From positions 30,318,001-30,382,000 of the forward strand of contig CM022671.1 of assembly GCA_012295275.1 (NCBI GenBank): a stretch of 64,000 nt of DNA, given 5' to 3'. Below, piece by piece: positions 12,367-35,637 of the stretch; position 1 is the first letter of the stretch; every line of letters starts with the position of its first letter. The position numbers and the translations under genes were made by a program. Under the pieces are notes generated by a model. It was not told where the DNA came from and ran no database searches. It saw only the letters and a list, made by a program, of their open reading frames with translations. The DNA is from Chrysomallon squamiferum (Eukaryota > Animalia > Mollusca).

Positions 12367-14478
12367 ATGTTCCTTCTACGTTTTGATACTGTTTTTTCAT
12401 TCATATTCTTTTCTTGCTTTGGATCAAATCTAAAAGAATGTTTGGCCACGGAATGTCCCAGTGAATGTCAATGTTTCAATCGAGAAAAAGCTGTTTGTGG
12501 TAAATACAGACATGGTCTAACATACGTCCCTGCATTGCCGGATTATATAACCCAACTCGAGTTGATAAATGCCAAGATTCCTGTAGTGAACAGATCGGTC
12601 CTGTTGCCAGTTTCCAACTGTACTTTACAATCTCTGTCACTTACCAATGATGGAATTCGAGAACTGTCGCCAGATACCTTCCACGATTTCCACAAACTCA
12701 GAAAACTCGACCTAAGCGGAAACGTCATAACGGAAGTGTCGTTGAAAGAAGCATTTCGATCTCTTGGAAGCGACTTGAAAACATTAATTCTGAACAACAT
12801 GACGATCAGATTTACTTCTGGCCTAACTGAAGCCCCTATCTTTCAGAACATAAGAGCATTTTCCTTTCAAGAAAATCTCGTTTCTATCTTGAATGAATCA
12901 ATTTTAGCTGAAATGCCGTCTTTGTATTACTTGGATATGCAAAACAATCAAATAAAATCGTTTTCCTCATGGAATCTCAGAAGAAACTTGAGAATCAGAA
13001 TCATGAATCTGGCTGGGAACATGTTGTACGAGGTTCCCAATTTCTGCTGGTCTAATGGTTCTACTCGTTACGACGGACTTGAGATTCTGAATCTCGACTA
13101 TAATGATATTAGAAAAATAAACAAGTCATCATTTTCATGTCTCAACAATCTTAAGAACCTGAGCCTGACCGGTAACATGATTCAAGTGCTAGATGACAAT
13201 ACCTTTATCAATCTCCCTAGATTACAAGAACTCAAGTTAAATTATCTTCATCAGCTGAATTACATATCGGAGTGGGCATTCAGATCCAGTAGTCTTTCTA
13301 CTCTTGAATTATCTAACAATCCGAAATTCAGAGACGAATTATTTGTGGATAATTTTCCTTTCGCTCACATCAAGAAATTAAAAAAATTGATTTTAATGAA
13401 GACGCGAATATATCTTTCGAATGATTCTTTCAGGAAAATGTTGCTGCAGCTGAAGTTCATTGAAGTTCTAAATCTGCAGAAAACAAACATAAACAAAATA
13501 CCTTCGAAAACTCTTTGCTTTCTACCCTTTCTAAACACATTAGACTTACAAGGGAATTACATGGCTAGCTGGCAAGACGACATGTTCGCCAACGTGACTA
13601 GTCTGAAATATCTTAACCTCGACGGCAACCGCATCAGCGTTATCAACGAAACGTCATTTCCGATCGAGATGAGACGAAATGTCCGACGAATTAACCTTGG
13701 AAACAACGATTTCCTCTGCACGTGCGCGTTACTATGGTTTCGTAATTGGATGAAGCTGATGATGAAGAATCGGTCAATTGAGTTTGTTAATTATCCTCAG
13801 CGTTATTACTGTAAGAATCCCACGCACATTCGTCTTGACGAGTTCAACCCAACACCCGAGTCCTGTCGAACTCTCAGTCCTTACATTATAGCCGGAGCAG
13901 CTTCTGGAACGTTCTTCTTGGTGGTCATGATCGTCGTGGCCGTCGTATATTACAATCGTTGGAACATTCGATACCTATTGTATTCTAGAAGACGACGTGG
14001 GTATCAACAGCTGCCTGGCAGAAACATACAGATGAAATACGACGCCTTTGTTTCCTGCGCCAATGAAGACATGGACTGGATGATGAGCGAGATTAGTGAC
14101 TTTCTGGAGAATGAAAAGCGTCTTTGACTTTGCATTCATCAACGGAATTTCGAGGCTGGGAAACTTATTATTGATAACGTAATGGACTGTATGGACAAAA
14201 GCAGGGCCGTCATTGTCATAGTATCTAATCCTTTTGTGGAAAGCAAATGGTGCACGTGGGAGTTAAAATTCGCACTGCGTCTGCACATAGAGACAGAAAA
14301 ACACATTGTTGTAGTCATTCGTGAACCGGTTTTCAGAAGGAACATGACTCGGCCGATGAAAGCTTTATTTGAAACCACCACCTACATAGAGTGGGCAGAG
14401 AATGATGCTGCTAAAAGACTTTTCAGGAGTCAGCTGGCAAATGCTATGGGATGTGTGAACTGTGATACAGTTATCTGA
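12367..14478 (+). CDS. TLR-B: Toll-like receptor (LRR-TM-TIR) with an in-frame TGA at 14125-14127 early in the TIR; truncated 586-aa product or young pseudogene
   Basis: Signal peptide, LRRNT (CPSECQC), many LxxLxLxxN repeats, single LRRCT (NDFLCTCALLWF...CKNP...C), TM (YIIAGAASGTFFLVVMIVVAVVYY) and TIR box1 (YDAFVS). Sequence cgtctttgactttgc replaces cgtctcagtctttgc of TLR-C/D. The rest of the TIR continues in the same frame to 14478. Confidence 0.92.
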
Positions 14479-15961
14479 TTTCAATATAAGGATGTGGAAG
14501 ATGGGTACTGTAATGAAACTTTGTTCTACTGCTTGAACACGAAAGTCAACAACAAGGAAACAAATAACAACAATAAGAATAATAATAGGAAGAAAATGGG
14601 AAACGAAATGTCTATGATGATTATGTCATTTTGAATTATCGAAAATAACATTATAAGTTGTTCATTTTTATAAAACTTGCTTCTTGATGTTCAATACAAT
14701 TATCGGTATAGAGCATACAAATATCAACTTTTCAATGATCGATAATCCATCGATTCAAGAAATTAATGCGATTTACTTGTTTGACAACATTACCAAAAAT
14801 ACATGGTCACTGAAATTACATTTATATGAATTAAATGCATACTTTTTATTTATTTTTATATTTTTTATATATATATATATATATACACTAGAATAGATGT
14901 GGTATTTTAATACTGATACACCTTTTATCTGAGATATAACAAACGGTATCATGTTGTGTTCTATTATAGCTATTGATACTGACAACTAACAAAACTCCTA
15001 TCTTGCAGAATATAGCAGTTACTTAAAACATAATAATATAATATAATGATTTTTAAAATGTCTATCTTTTTATATTACAGCTGTTTCAGTACTATATTAT
15101 TTTCAAATATTTTCCTGGATATTATTGCTAACCCTGAGACGTATATTGTTTTTGTTATCATTATCAATATAATTGTTGTTGTTATTTCTGTTCTTAGTAA
15201 TCAAAAATAGCCGTAGCTTTATCATATTAATCCTTATTAATCCTATTAATTGATGGTTCATAGTTATTAAGAATTAACCGTAATTTAGAATTAGTGATGT
15301 GTTTTATATTGAAATACAAAAATGTGTCTGTTAGAATTGCGAAAATAAACCTCGCATGCTGGTGATGTCTGTTTTCTGTTTTTTAAACATAGGCTGCAGT
15401 TAAACGTTTGTAGATTAATATCATAACTGTCATCATCATGAATACCAACAACAACAAGGTCTTTCAAATAAATGGAGTTTTATTTCATATTTTAATGATA
15501 GATTGAGCCTTGTTACACCGTAATAACAGTAAACATTTCTGAAACATTTACACAGAAATATAACCACACTCACTGACTAACTCTTGTGGCGTTGCACTCT
15601 ACATACTTTCGTTTTAGCCTCGATTATCAACAGTAAACTTAATTTGATACTAAATACGTATACCAAAAGAATTTAAAACTTGGCGTAGCGGGATTTCAGC
15701 AAAGAACCTGTTTTTTTAATCTATGCTAATAATAAATCATGGTAATAATATAACTAGTCTGCGAAGATCCACGATACCGTCAATTTTTACTTTGTATCTC
15801 CTCTGTTATAAACATATTGCTGTTTAATAATAAAGATGTTAAGATCTAGGAACGAATAAAATAAATCTCATCAGCACACTAGAAAAGATAGCCTACTAGA
15901 GTAAATATCTAGTTACAAGATTTTACAAGATTACAAGACTTTAGTGTTAATGATAGTTTAA

Positions 15962-15962
15962 T

Positions 15963-16001
<39 letters not shown>

Positions 16002-16010
16002 TATAATAAT

Positions 16011-16082
<72 letters not shown>

Positions 16083-16088
16083 TATAAT

Positions 16089-16143
<55 letters not shown>

Positions 16144-16150
16144 GTAATAA
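15962..16150. repeat. (AAT)n microsatellite just downstream of the AMDHD1 stop; paralogues at ~9525-9585 and ~27780-27855
   Basis: Direct reading. It is the source of the spurious poly-I ORFs. Confidence 0.95.
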
Positions 16151-16200
16151 TAACAAACGTTGTAGTTTTAAATTTCTGTGTTATGACGTAATAAAACAAA

Positions 16201-21441
<5,241 letters not shown>

Positions 21442-24179
21442 ACCTGCAGCTCCTTTGTCATCTGACACAGTAAACACAAACTGAGAATATTCAAATCCAC
21501 GTAATGAGGTCGTGATAAAGCGATACTCTTTGTGGTTATCTTGCACTATTTCTCTGTCTACCAACGTCATAGTTGACACTGTTCTTCCGATGTATCCTAG
21601 CTACTCTGTTTTATAATATTATACCTAGTTCCGCCTGATGTTAAATATCGTCAAAGTTAAGTTTGTTGTAAATATTTCACATAGTTAAGTATAAAATGAC
21701 AATTGGAAATAAGGAGAGAATGTGAATATAATGCTGTATATGCATTACAGAAAAAAACGTATTATTAGTCGACAAAAAAAAAAAAATAAGGAAATTAACA
21801 AAAAACAATGACAGAATAAAGAAGGAGAAAGAAAAACCACACTAAGAGAAAAATAATAGCATCAGTTTAATTACTCTGTAATGGTAGACATGTGCAAAAT
21901 AGAGTCGTATTGAAACATATTTTTCACTTTATTATTTCACAAACATTTTAACATTATCGCGAGTGAAAAATTATTAAGTACAAGCTAATCTAACTGAATA
22001 CGAGATAACCAAGAACACCTGGATCAGCTCACGAAATTTTCCAAGTTTGTCGAGTAAGATTAAAGATAAACAGCATGACACTAAATAAAGATTAGTGTAT
22101 AATAGAATACCTCATTTATCGCGTGATTAGTGTGTCATATAACGCTTATGTGACATAATATATATTCACACATAGATACATAACATAAATACATACATAC
22201 ATACTTTACAACCTGTTTGTGTATGTACGTATTTACATGTACATGTTTGTGTGTGTGTATGTCTGTATGTGAATGCATGTCTGTCTGTCTGCACGTGTAA
22301 GTGTATTTATGTGTATACTCGTGTTATGTGTACGTATGTGGTGTGTATAGATACATATCTATATATATACAAGGATGGTTCGATAGTCGCACGGTAATGT
22401 ATTCGCAGTGTGTGTGATGAGGCTGGTGAGGTTCTGACTGGTCTTTGTCCTCCAGCGCGTTCCTGAACATTGACTATGTGCAGAGTCTAATCAGACTACA
22501 TAAGACAGAGAACATTCAAATCCTAAGCTATATATATATTCATTCATATGCATGTATATACGTGCATTATAAAATTTACCGAGGTTATTTAAACATTAAT
22601 TTATGTACGTCTAACACGAAGCCGCAAATGATTTATGCAAGAGATATTTACAGGATTACACATCTCCATTACATTTTAATGCATTTAACGAAGTGTGAAG
22701 CACGATACATTTATGAAATTCTCACGAACTTCGTTTCAGTCTTCCGAGGAAGCAAAATAATTAGAAAGATGTGTATAGAAATTTTCTGTGATTTCTAACA
22801 TTATTAATGATATATAAAAATTGAAATCTGGATACTTTTAAACGCTATTTATGTAAGTATAATGGTTTGGTGAAAGTAATATTGCTGCTTGTCTATAGTT
22901 GTTCTTCGTTTCTATGGCTATAATTATGTGTCTACATTTAAAGATATCTGTCTGACTCTGTCTATCCATGTATCTATATTTCGGTCTATCTATCTCCCGC
23001 CCTCTGAAATATATATATATATATATATTACATAATGCAACTGTTCCTGAAGCTTTATTTTGTGGCAAAACAATATCAGTGTTTTCAATATTGTAAAACG
23101 AATAATACTGCGAGGTTATTTTTGTTGTTGTGTAGCATGACCCATTACGCACTAATGTAACCAGATCCATAAAGCATGCCTGTCACTGGAGCAAGGACAC
23201 GTGTAAACTCGTATATCTAAATTTAAACATCACTTGACATACGGTTTACGTCGATCGAACTTAATTATTAAGATATTCCTATACGGGCGAATGAAGTAAT
23301 TTTGATAATATATGTAGATAACTCAAGACCTCTGACAAAGGATTAACACAAAGGGGCAAAGTATTGAGAAAGGAACTCTTCTCACTAAACTATATTTAGA
23401 CTCAAAATTCCCTACGCTAATATTACGTGATAGCTGCATGGCCCTTGATTTTTCTCACAGATACAGTAGTTTTATAGTTTCATAAATAAATTAATAAATA
23501 AGAAAACATCAGATATAATTATTGTTACGTAATAATTTAAACTTCTGGATACATTTAAGTGCTGTTTAGGTAAGTATAATGGTTTAGATAATATCATGTT
23601 GTAGCATTTCATCTGTTGGTGTTAGTATATATGGTTCAGTTAGAGTATATAATTTATTAGAGTATGGACATGTCTGCCTCTTTGTCTGTCGCTCTCTCTC
23701 TCTGTTTATCTGTAAGTCCATCTGCCTTTCTGCCTATGAATCAGTCTGTATGTGTCTCTCTGTTTGTCCGTCTTTAAATTATCTTCTTATCTGCCTACCT
23801 ATCTAGCTATCATCAGTGTATGTTTTTTTTCTCTAACGATGTGTCTAACTGTATCAGTCTGTCTGTCTGTCTGTATAATCTAACTGTGAATTTATACTTT
23901 TAAGCTCTTCGAATATAAATGTGTCCGTATGCAAGCCGAAGCAAATGTACATATAAACCAAATCAGTGAAAACTGGAGTTTTGTGTGTGTGTGTGTGGGC
24001 GTGTTTTACATCAGAATTACAAAAAGTATGATTCAGTTAACTAATGATAGAAAATGACAGGAGTTAAAGAAAACAAAGTTTGATTTTTTTTTTTTTTCGC
24101 TGTAGATTTCTAAATTATTTCTTTTATTTTCTTCATTCCAGAAAAACAAAAATAAATATACAGAAGTACAAATCGGAAA

Positions 24180-26291
24180 ATGTTCCTCCTACGTTTTGAT
24201 ACTGTTTTTTCGTTCATGTTCTTTTCTTGCTTTGGACCAAATCTAAAAGAATGTTTGGCCACAAAATGTCCCAGTGTATGTCAATGTTTCAATCGAGAAA
24301 AAGCTGTTTGTGGTAAATACAGACATGGTCTAACATACGTCCCTGCATTGCCGGATTATATAACCCAACTCGAGTTGATAAATGCCAAGATTCCTGTAGT
24401 GAACAGATCGGTGCTGATGCCAGTTTCCAACTGTACTTTACAATCTCTGTCACTTATCAATGATGGAATTCGAGAACTGTCGCCAGACACCTTCCACGAT
24501 TTCCCCAAACTCAGAAAACTCGACCTAAGCGGAAACGTCATAACGGAAGTGTCGTTGAAAGAAGCGTTTCGATCTCTTGGAAGCGATTTGAAAATATTAA
24601 TTCTGAGCAGCATGTCGATCAGATTTACTTCTGGCCTAACTGAAGCCCCTATCTTTCAGAATATAACAGCATTTTCCTTTCAAGAAAATTTCCTCTCTGT
24701 CTTAGATGAATCAATTTTAGCTGAAATGCCATCTTTGTTTTACTTGGATATGCGAAACAATCGAATAAAATCGTTTTCCTCAAGGAAGATCAAAAGAAAC
24801 TTGAGGATCAGAATTATGAATCTGGCTGGGAACATGTTGTACGAGGTTCCCAATTTCTGCTGGTCTAATGGTTCTACTCGTTACGACGGACTTGAGATTC
24901 TGAATCTCGACTATAATGGTATTAGAATAATAAACAAGTCATCTTTTTCATGTCTCTACAATCTTAAGAACCTGAGCCTGAGCGGTAACATGATTCAAGT
25001 GCTCGACGACAATACCTTTATCAATCTCCCTAGATTACAAGAACTCAAGTTAAATTATCTTCATCAGCTGAATTACATATCTGAGTTGGCATTCAAATCC
25101 AGTAGTCTTTCCATCCTGGAACTTTCTAACAATCCAAAATTCAGAGACGAGTTATTTGTTGATAATTTTCCTTTCGCTCACATCAAGAAATTAAAAAAAT
25201 TGATTTTAATGAAGACGCGAATATATCTTTCGGATGATTCTTTCAGGAAAATGTTGCTGCAGCTGAAGTTCATTGAAGTTCTAAATCTCCAGAAAACAGA
25301 CATAAACAAAATACCTTCGAAAACTCTTTGCTTTCTACCCTTTCTAAACACATTAGACTTACAAGGGAATTACATGGCTAGCTGGCAAGACGACATGTTC
25401 GCCAACGTGACTAGTCTGAAATATCTTAACCTCGACGGCAACCGTATCAGCGTTATCAACGAAACGTCATTTCCGATCGAGATGAGACGAAATGTCCGAC
25501 GAATTAACCTTGGAAACAACGATTTCCTCTGCACGTGCGCGTTACTATGGTTTCGTGACTGGATGAAGCTGATGATGAAGAATCGGTCAATTGAGTTTGT
25601 TAATTATCCTCAGCGTTATTACTGTAAGAATCCCACGCACATTCGTCTTGACGAGTTCAACCCAACACCCGAGTCCTGTCGAACTCTCAGTCCTTACATT
25701 ATAGCCGGAGCAGCTTCTGGAACGTTCTTCTTGGTGGTCATGATCGTCGTGGCCGTCGTATATTACAATCGTTCGAACATTCGATACTTATTTTATTCTA
25801 GAAGACGACGTGGGTATCAACAACTGCCTGGCAGAAACATACAGATGAAATACGACGCCTTTGTTTCCTGCGCCAATGAAGACATGGACTGGATGATGAG
25901 CGAGATTAGTGACTTTCTGGAGAATGAAAAGCGTCTCAGTCTTTGCATTCATCAACGGAATTTCGAGGCTGGGAAACTTATTATTGATAACGTAATGGAC
26001 TGTATGGACAAAAGCAGGGCCGTCATTGTCATAGTATCTAATCCTTTTGTGGAAAGCAAATGGTGCACGTGGGAGTTAAAATTCGCACTGCGTCTGCACA
26101 TAGAGACAGAAAAACACATTGTTGTAGTCATTCGTGAACCGGTTTTCAGAAGGAACATGACTCGGCCGATGAAAGCTTTATTTGAAACCACCACCTACAT
26201 AGAGTGGGCAGAGAATGATGCTGCTAAAAGACTTTTCAGGAGTCAGCTGGCAAATGCTATGGGATGTGTGAACTGTGATACAGTTATCTGA
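24180..26291 (+). CDS. TLR-C: intact single-cysteine-cluster Toll-like receptor, 703 aa, single coding exon
   Basis: Uninterrupted ORF with signal peptide, LRRNT, LRR array, LRRCT, TM and a complete TIR (YDAFVSCA, LCIHQRNFEAG, SKWCTWEL, YIEW). Confidence 0.96.
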   Translation: MFLLRFDTVFSFMFFSCFGPNLKECLATKCPSVCQCFNREKAVCGKYRHGLTYVPALPDYITQLELINAKIPVVNRSVLMPVSNCTLQSLSLINDGIRELSPDTFHDFPKLRKLDLSGNVITEVSLKEAFRSLGSDLKILILSSMSIRFTSGLTEAPIFQNITAFSFQENFLSVLDESILAEMPSLFYLDMRNNRIKSFSSRKIKRNLRIRIMNLAGNMLYEVPNFCWSNGSTRYDGLEILNLDYNGIRIINKSSFSCLYNLKNLSLSGNMIQVLDDNTFINLPRLQELKLNYLHQLNYISELAFKSSSLSILELSNNPKFRDELFVDNFPFAHIKKLKKLILMKTRIYLSDDSFRKMLLQLKFIEVLNLQKTDINKIPSKTLCFLPFLNTLDLQGNYMASWQDDMFANVTSLKYLNLDGNRISVINETSFPIEMRRNVRRINLGNNDFLCTCALLWFRDWMKLMMKNRSIEFVNYPQRYYCKNPTHIRLDEFNPTPESCRTLSPYIIAGAASGTFFLVVMIVVAVVYYNRSNIRYLFYSRRRRGYQQLPGRNIQMKYDAFVSCANEDMDWMMSEISDFLENEKRLSLCIHQRNFEAGKLIIDNVMDCMDKSRAVIVIVSNPFVESKWCTWELKFALRLHIETEKHIVVVIREPVFRRNMTRPMKALFETTTYIEWAENDAAKRLFRSQLANAMGCVNCDTVI

Positions 26292-27779
26292 CGCCGTTTT
26301 CAATATAAGGATGTGGAAGATGGGTACAGTAATGAAACTTTGTTCTACTGCTTGAACACGAAAGTCAACAACAATGAAACAAACAACAACAATAAGAATA
26401 ATAATAGGAAGAAAATGGGAAACGAAATGTCTATGATGATTATGTCATTTTGAATTATAGAAAATAACATTATAAGTTGTTCATTTTTATAAAACTTGCT
26501 TCTTGATGTTCAATACAATTATCGGTATAGAGCATACAAATATCAACTTTTCAATGATCGATAATCCATCGATTCAAGAAATTAATGCGATTTACTTGTT
26601 TGACAACATTACCAAAAATACATGGTCACTGAAATTACATTTATATGAATTAAATGCATACTTTTTATTTATTTTTATATTTTTTATATATATATATATA
26701 TACACTAGAATAGATGTGGTATTTTAATACTGATACACCTTTTATCTGAGATATAACAAACGGTATCATGTTGTGTTCTATTATAGCTATTGATACTGAC
26801 AACTAACAAAACTCCTATCTTGCAGAATATAGCAGTTACTTAAAACATAATAATATAATATAATGATTTTTAAAATGTCTATCTTTTTATATTACAGCTG
26901 TTTCAGTACTATATTATTTTCAAATATTTTCCTGGATATTATTGCTAACCCTGAGACGTATATTGTTTTTGTTATCATTATCAATATAATTGTTGTTGTT
27001 ATTTCTGTTCTTAGTAATCAAAAATAGCCGTAGCTTTATCATATTAATCCTTATTAATCCTATTAATTGATGGTTCATAGTTATTAAGAATTAACCGTAA
27101 TTTAGAATTAGTGATGTGTTTTATATTGAAATACAAAAATGTGTCTGTTAGAATTGCGAAAATAAACCTCGCATGCTGGTGATGTCTTTTTTCTGTTTTT
27201 TAAACATAGGCTGCAGTTAAACGTTTGTAGATTAATATCATAACTGTCATCATCATGAATACCAACAACAACAAGGTCTTTCAAATAAATGGAGTTTTAT
27301 TTCATATTTTAATGATAGATTGAGCCTTGTTACACCGTAATAACAGTAAACATTTCTGAAACATTTACACAGAAATATAACCACACTCACTGACTAACTC
27401 TTGTGGCGTTGCACTCTACATACTTTCGTTTTAGCCTCGATTATCAACAGTAAACTTAGTTTGATACTAAATACGTAAACCAAAAGAATTTAAAACTTGA
27501 GTTAGCGGGATTTAAGCAAAGAACCTGTTTTTTTAATCTATGCTAATAATAAATCATGGTAATAATATAACTAGTCTGCGAAGATCCACGATGCCGTCAA
27601 TTTTTACTTTGTATCTCCTCTGTTATAAACATATTGCTGTTTAATAATAAAGATGTTAAGATCTAGGAACGAATAAAATAAATCTCATCAGCACACTAGA
27701 AAAGATAGCCTACTAGGGTAAATATCTAGTTACAAGATTTTACAAGATTACAAGACTTTAGTGTTAATGATAGTTTAAT

Positions 27780-27860
<81 letters not shown>

Positions 27861-27903
27861 CGTTGTAGTTTTAAATTTCTGTGTTATGACGTAATAAAAC
27901 AAA

Positions 27904-32880
<4,977 letters not shown>

Positions 32881-35020
32881 ACCTGCAGCTCCTTTGTCAT
32901 CTGACACAGTAAACACAAACTGAGAATATTCAAATCCACGTAATGAGGTCGTGATAAAGCGATACTCTTTGTGGTTATCTTGCACTATTTCTCTGTCTAC
33001 CAACGTCATAGTTGACACTGTTCTTCCGATGTATCCTATCTACTCTGTGGTATAATATTATACCTAGTTCCGCCTGATGTTAAATATCGTCAAAGTTACG
33101 TTTGTTGTAAATATTTCACATAGTTAAGTATAAAATGACAATTGGAAATAAGGAGAGAATGTGAATATAATGCTGTATATGATTTACAGAAAAAACGTAT
33201 TATTAGTCGACAAAAAAAGAAAAAAAAGAAAAAAAAAAGAAGGAAATTAAGAAAAAACAAACAAAAAACAATGACAGAATAAGAAACGAGAAAGAAAAAC
33301 CACACTAAGAGGAAAATAATAGCATCAGTTTAATTACTCTGTAATGGTAGACATGTGCAAGATAGAGTCGTATTGAAACATATTTTTCACTTTATTATTT
33401 CACAAACATTTTAACATTATCGCGAGTGAACAATTATTAAGTACAAGCTAATCTAACTGAATACGAGATAACCAAGAACACCTGGATCAGCTCACGAAAT
33501 TTTCCAAGTTTATCGAGTAAGATTAAAGATAAACAGCATGACACTAAATAAAGATTAGTGTATAATAGAATACCTCATTTATCGCGTGATTAGTGTGTCA
33601 TATAACGCTTATGTGACATAATATATATTCACACATAGATACATAACATAAATACATACATACATACTTTACAACCTGTTTGTGTATGTACGTATTTACA
33701 TGTACATGTTTGTGTGTGTGTATGTCTGTATGTGAATGCATGTCTGTCTGTCTGCACGTGTAAGTGTATTTATGTGTATACTCGTGTTATGTGTACGTAT
33801 GTGGTGTGTATAGATACATATCTATATATATACAAGGATGGTTCGATAGTCGCACGGTAATGTCTTCGCAGTGTGTGTGATGAGGCTTGTAAGGTTCTGA
33901 CTGGTCTTTGTCCTCCAGCGCGTTCCTGAACATTGACTATGTGCAGAGTCTAATCAGACTTCATAAGACAGAGAACATTCAAATCCTAAACTATATATAT
34001 TCATTCATATGCATGTATATACGTGCATTATAAAATTTACCGAGGTTATTTAAACATTAATTTATGTACGTCTAACACGAAGCCGCAAATGATTTATGCA
34101 AGAGATATTTACAGGATTACACATCTCCATTACATTTTAATGCATTTAACGAAGTGTGAAGCACGATACATTTATGAAATTCTCACGAACTTCGTTTCAG
34201 TCTTCCGAGGAAGCAAAATAATTAGAAAGATGTGTATAGAAATTTTCTGTGATTTCTAACATTATTAATGATATATAAAAATTGAAATCTGGATACTTTT
34301 AAACGCTATTTATGTAAGTATAATGGTTTGGTGAAAGTAATATTGCTGCTTGTCTATAGTTGTTCTTCGTTTCTATGGCTATAATTATGTGTCTACATTT
34401 AAAGATATCTGTCTGACTCTGTCTATCCATGTATCTATATTTCGGTCTATCTATCTCCCGCCCTCTGAAATATATATATATATATTACATAATGCAACTG
34501 TTCCTGAAGCTTTATTTTGTGGCAAAACAATATCAGTGTTTTCAATATTGTAAAACGAATAATACTGCGAGGTTATTTTTGTTGTTGTGTAGCATGACCC
34601 ATTACGCACTAATGTAACCAAATCCATAAAGCATGCCTGTCACTCGAGCAAGGACACGTGTAAACTCGTTTATACGCTTTTAAGACAGCCCAACCTTTAC
34701 ATCGATCGAATTTAATTATTAAGATATTCCTATACGGGTGAATGAAGTAATTTTGATAATATATGTAGATAACTCAAGACCTCTGACAAAGGATTAACAC
34801 AAAGGGACAAAGTATTGAGAAAGGAACTCTTCTCACTAAACTATATTTAGACTCAAAAGTCCCTACGCTAATATTACGTGATAGCTGCATGGCCCTTGAT
34901 TTTTCTCACAGATACAGTAGTTTTACAGTTTCATAAATAAATTAATAAATAAGAAAACATCAGATATAATTATTGTTACGTAATAATTTAAACTTCTGGA
35001 TACATTTAAGTGCTGTTTAG

Positions 35021-35615
35021 GTAAGTATAATGGTTTAGATAATATCATGTAACATTTCAACTGTTGGTGTTAGTATATATGGTTCAGTTAGAGTATATAA
35101 TTTATTAGAGTATGGACATGTCTGCCTCTTTGTCTATCTCTGTCTCTCTCTCTCTTTATTTGTAAATCCATCTGCCTCTCTGTCTATGAATCAGTCTGTA
35201 TGTCTGTATGTGACTCTCTGTCCGTCTTTAAATTATCTTCTTATCTGCCTACCTATCTAGCTGTCATCAGTCCGTCTTTGTTTTTTTCTCTAACGATGTT
35301 TCTAACGGTATCAGTCTGTCTGTCTGTCTGTATAATCTAACTGTGAATTTATACTTTTAAGCTCTTCGTATATAAATGTGTCCGTGTGCAAGCCAAAGCA
35401 AATGTACATATAAACCAAATCAGTTGAAACTAGGGTTTTATATGTGTGTGTGGGCGTGTTTTATATCAGAATTACAAAACGTATGATTCAGTACAACTAA
35501 GGATAGAAAATGACAGGAGTCGTTAAAGAAAAGAAAGTTTGATTCTTTTTTTTTTTTTTTTGATTCTTTGATTCTGTAGATTCCTAAATTATTTCTTTTA
35601 TTTTCTTCATTCCAG
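35021..35615 (+). other. Putative 5'-UTR intron of TLR-D; paralogues 23570-24141 and 11762-12327
   Basis: Consensus donor tttag|GTAAGT and acceptor ttttcttcattccAG ~20-40 nt before the ATG, conserved in TLR-B, C and D. Confidence 0.6.
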
Positions 35616-35637
35616 AAAAACAAAAATAAATATACAG

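Noticed and set aside
12543-12800. Antisense ORFs inside TLR genes (also 14139, 24356, 25952, 35826, 37258)
   Set aside because: Shadow ORFs of the TLR coding strand with no independent motifs.
14125-14127. TGA as a selenocysteine codon
   Set aside because: It aligns to Ser rather than Cys in the paralogues, and I could not recognise a SECIS element. The 3' flank is essentially the same as in TLR-C.
32881-33018. N-terminal extension MSTMTLVDREIVQ... of AMDHD1 exon 1 (also 21442-21579)
   Set aside because: The ORF-track start is a non-ATG codon, and similarity to known imidazolonepropionases begins at MRKCKLLIK. An upstream in-frame ATG exists, so an extension is not fully excluded.
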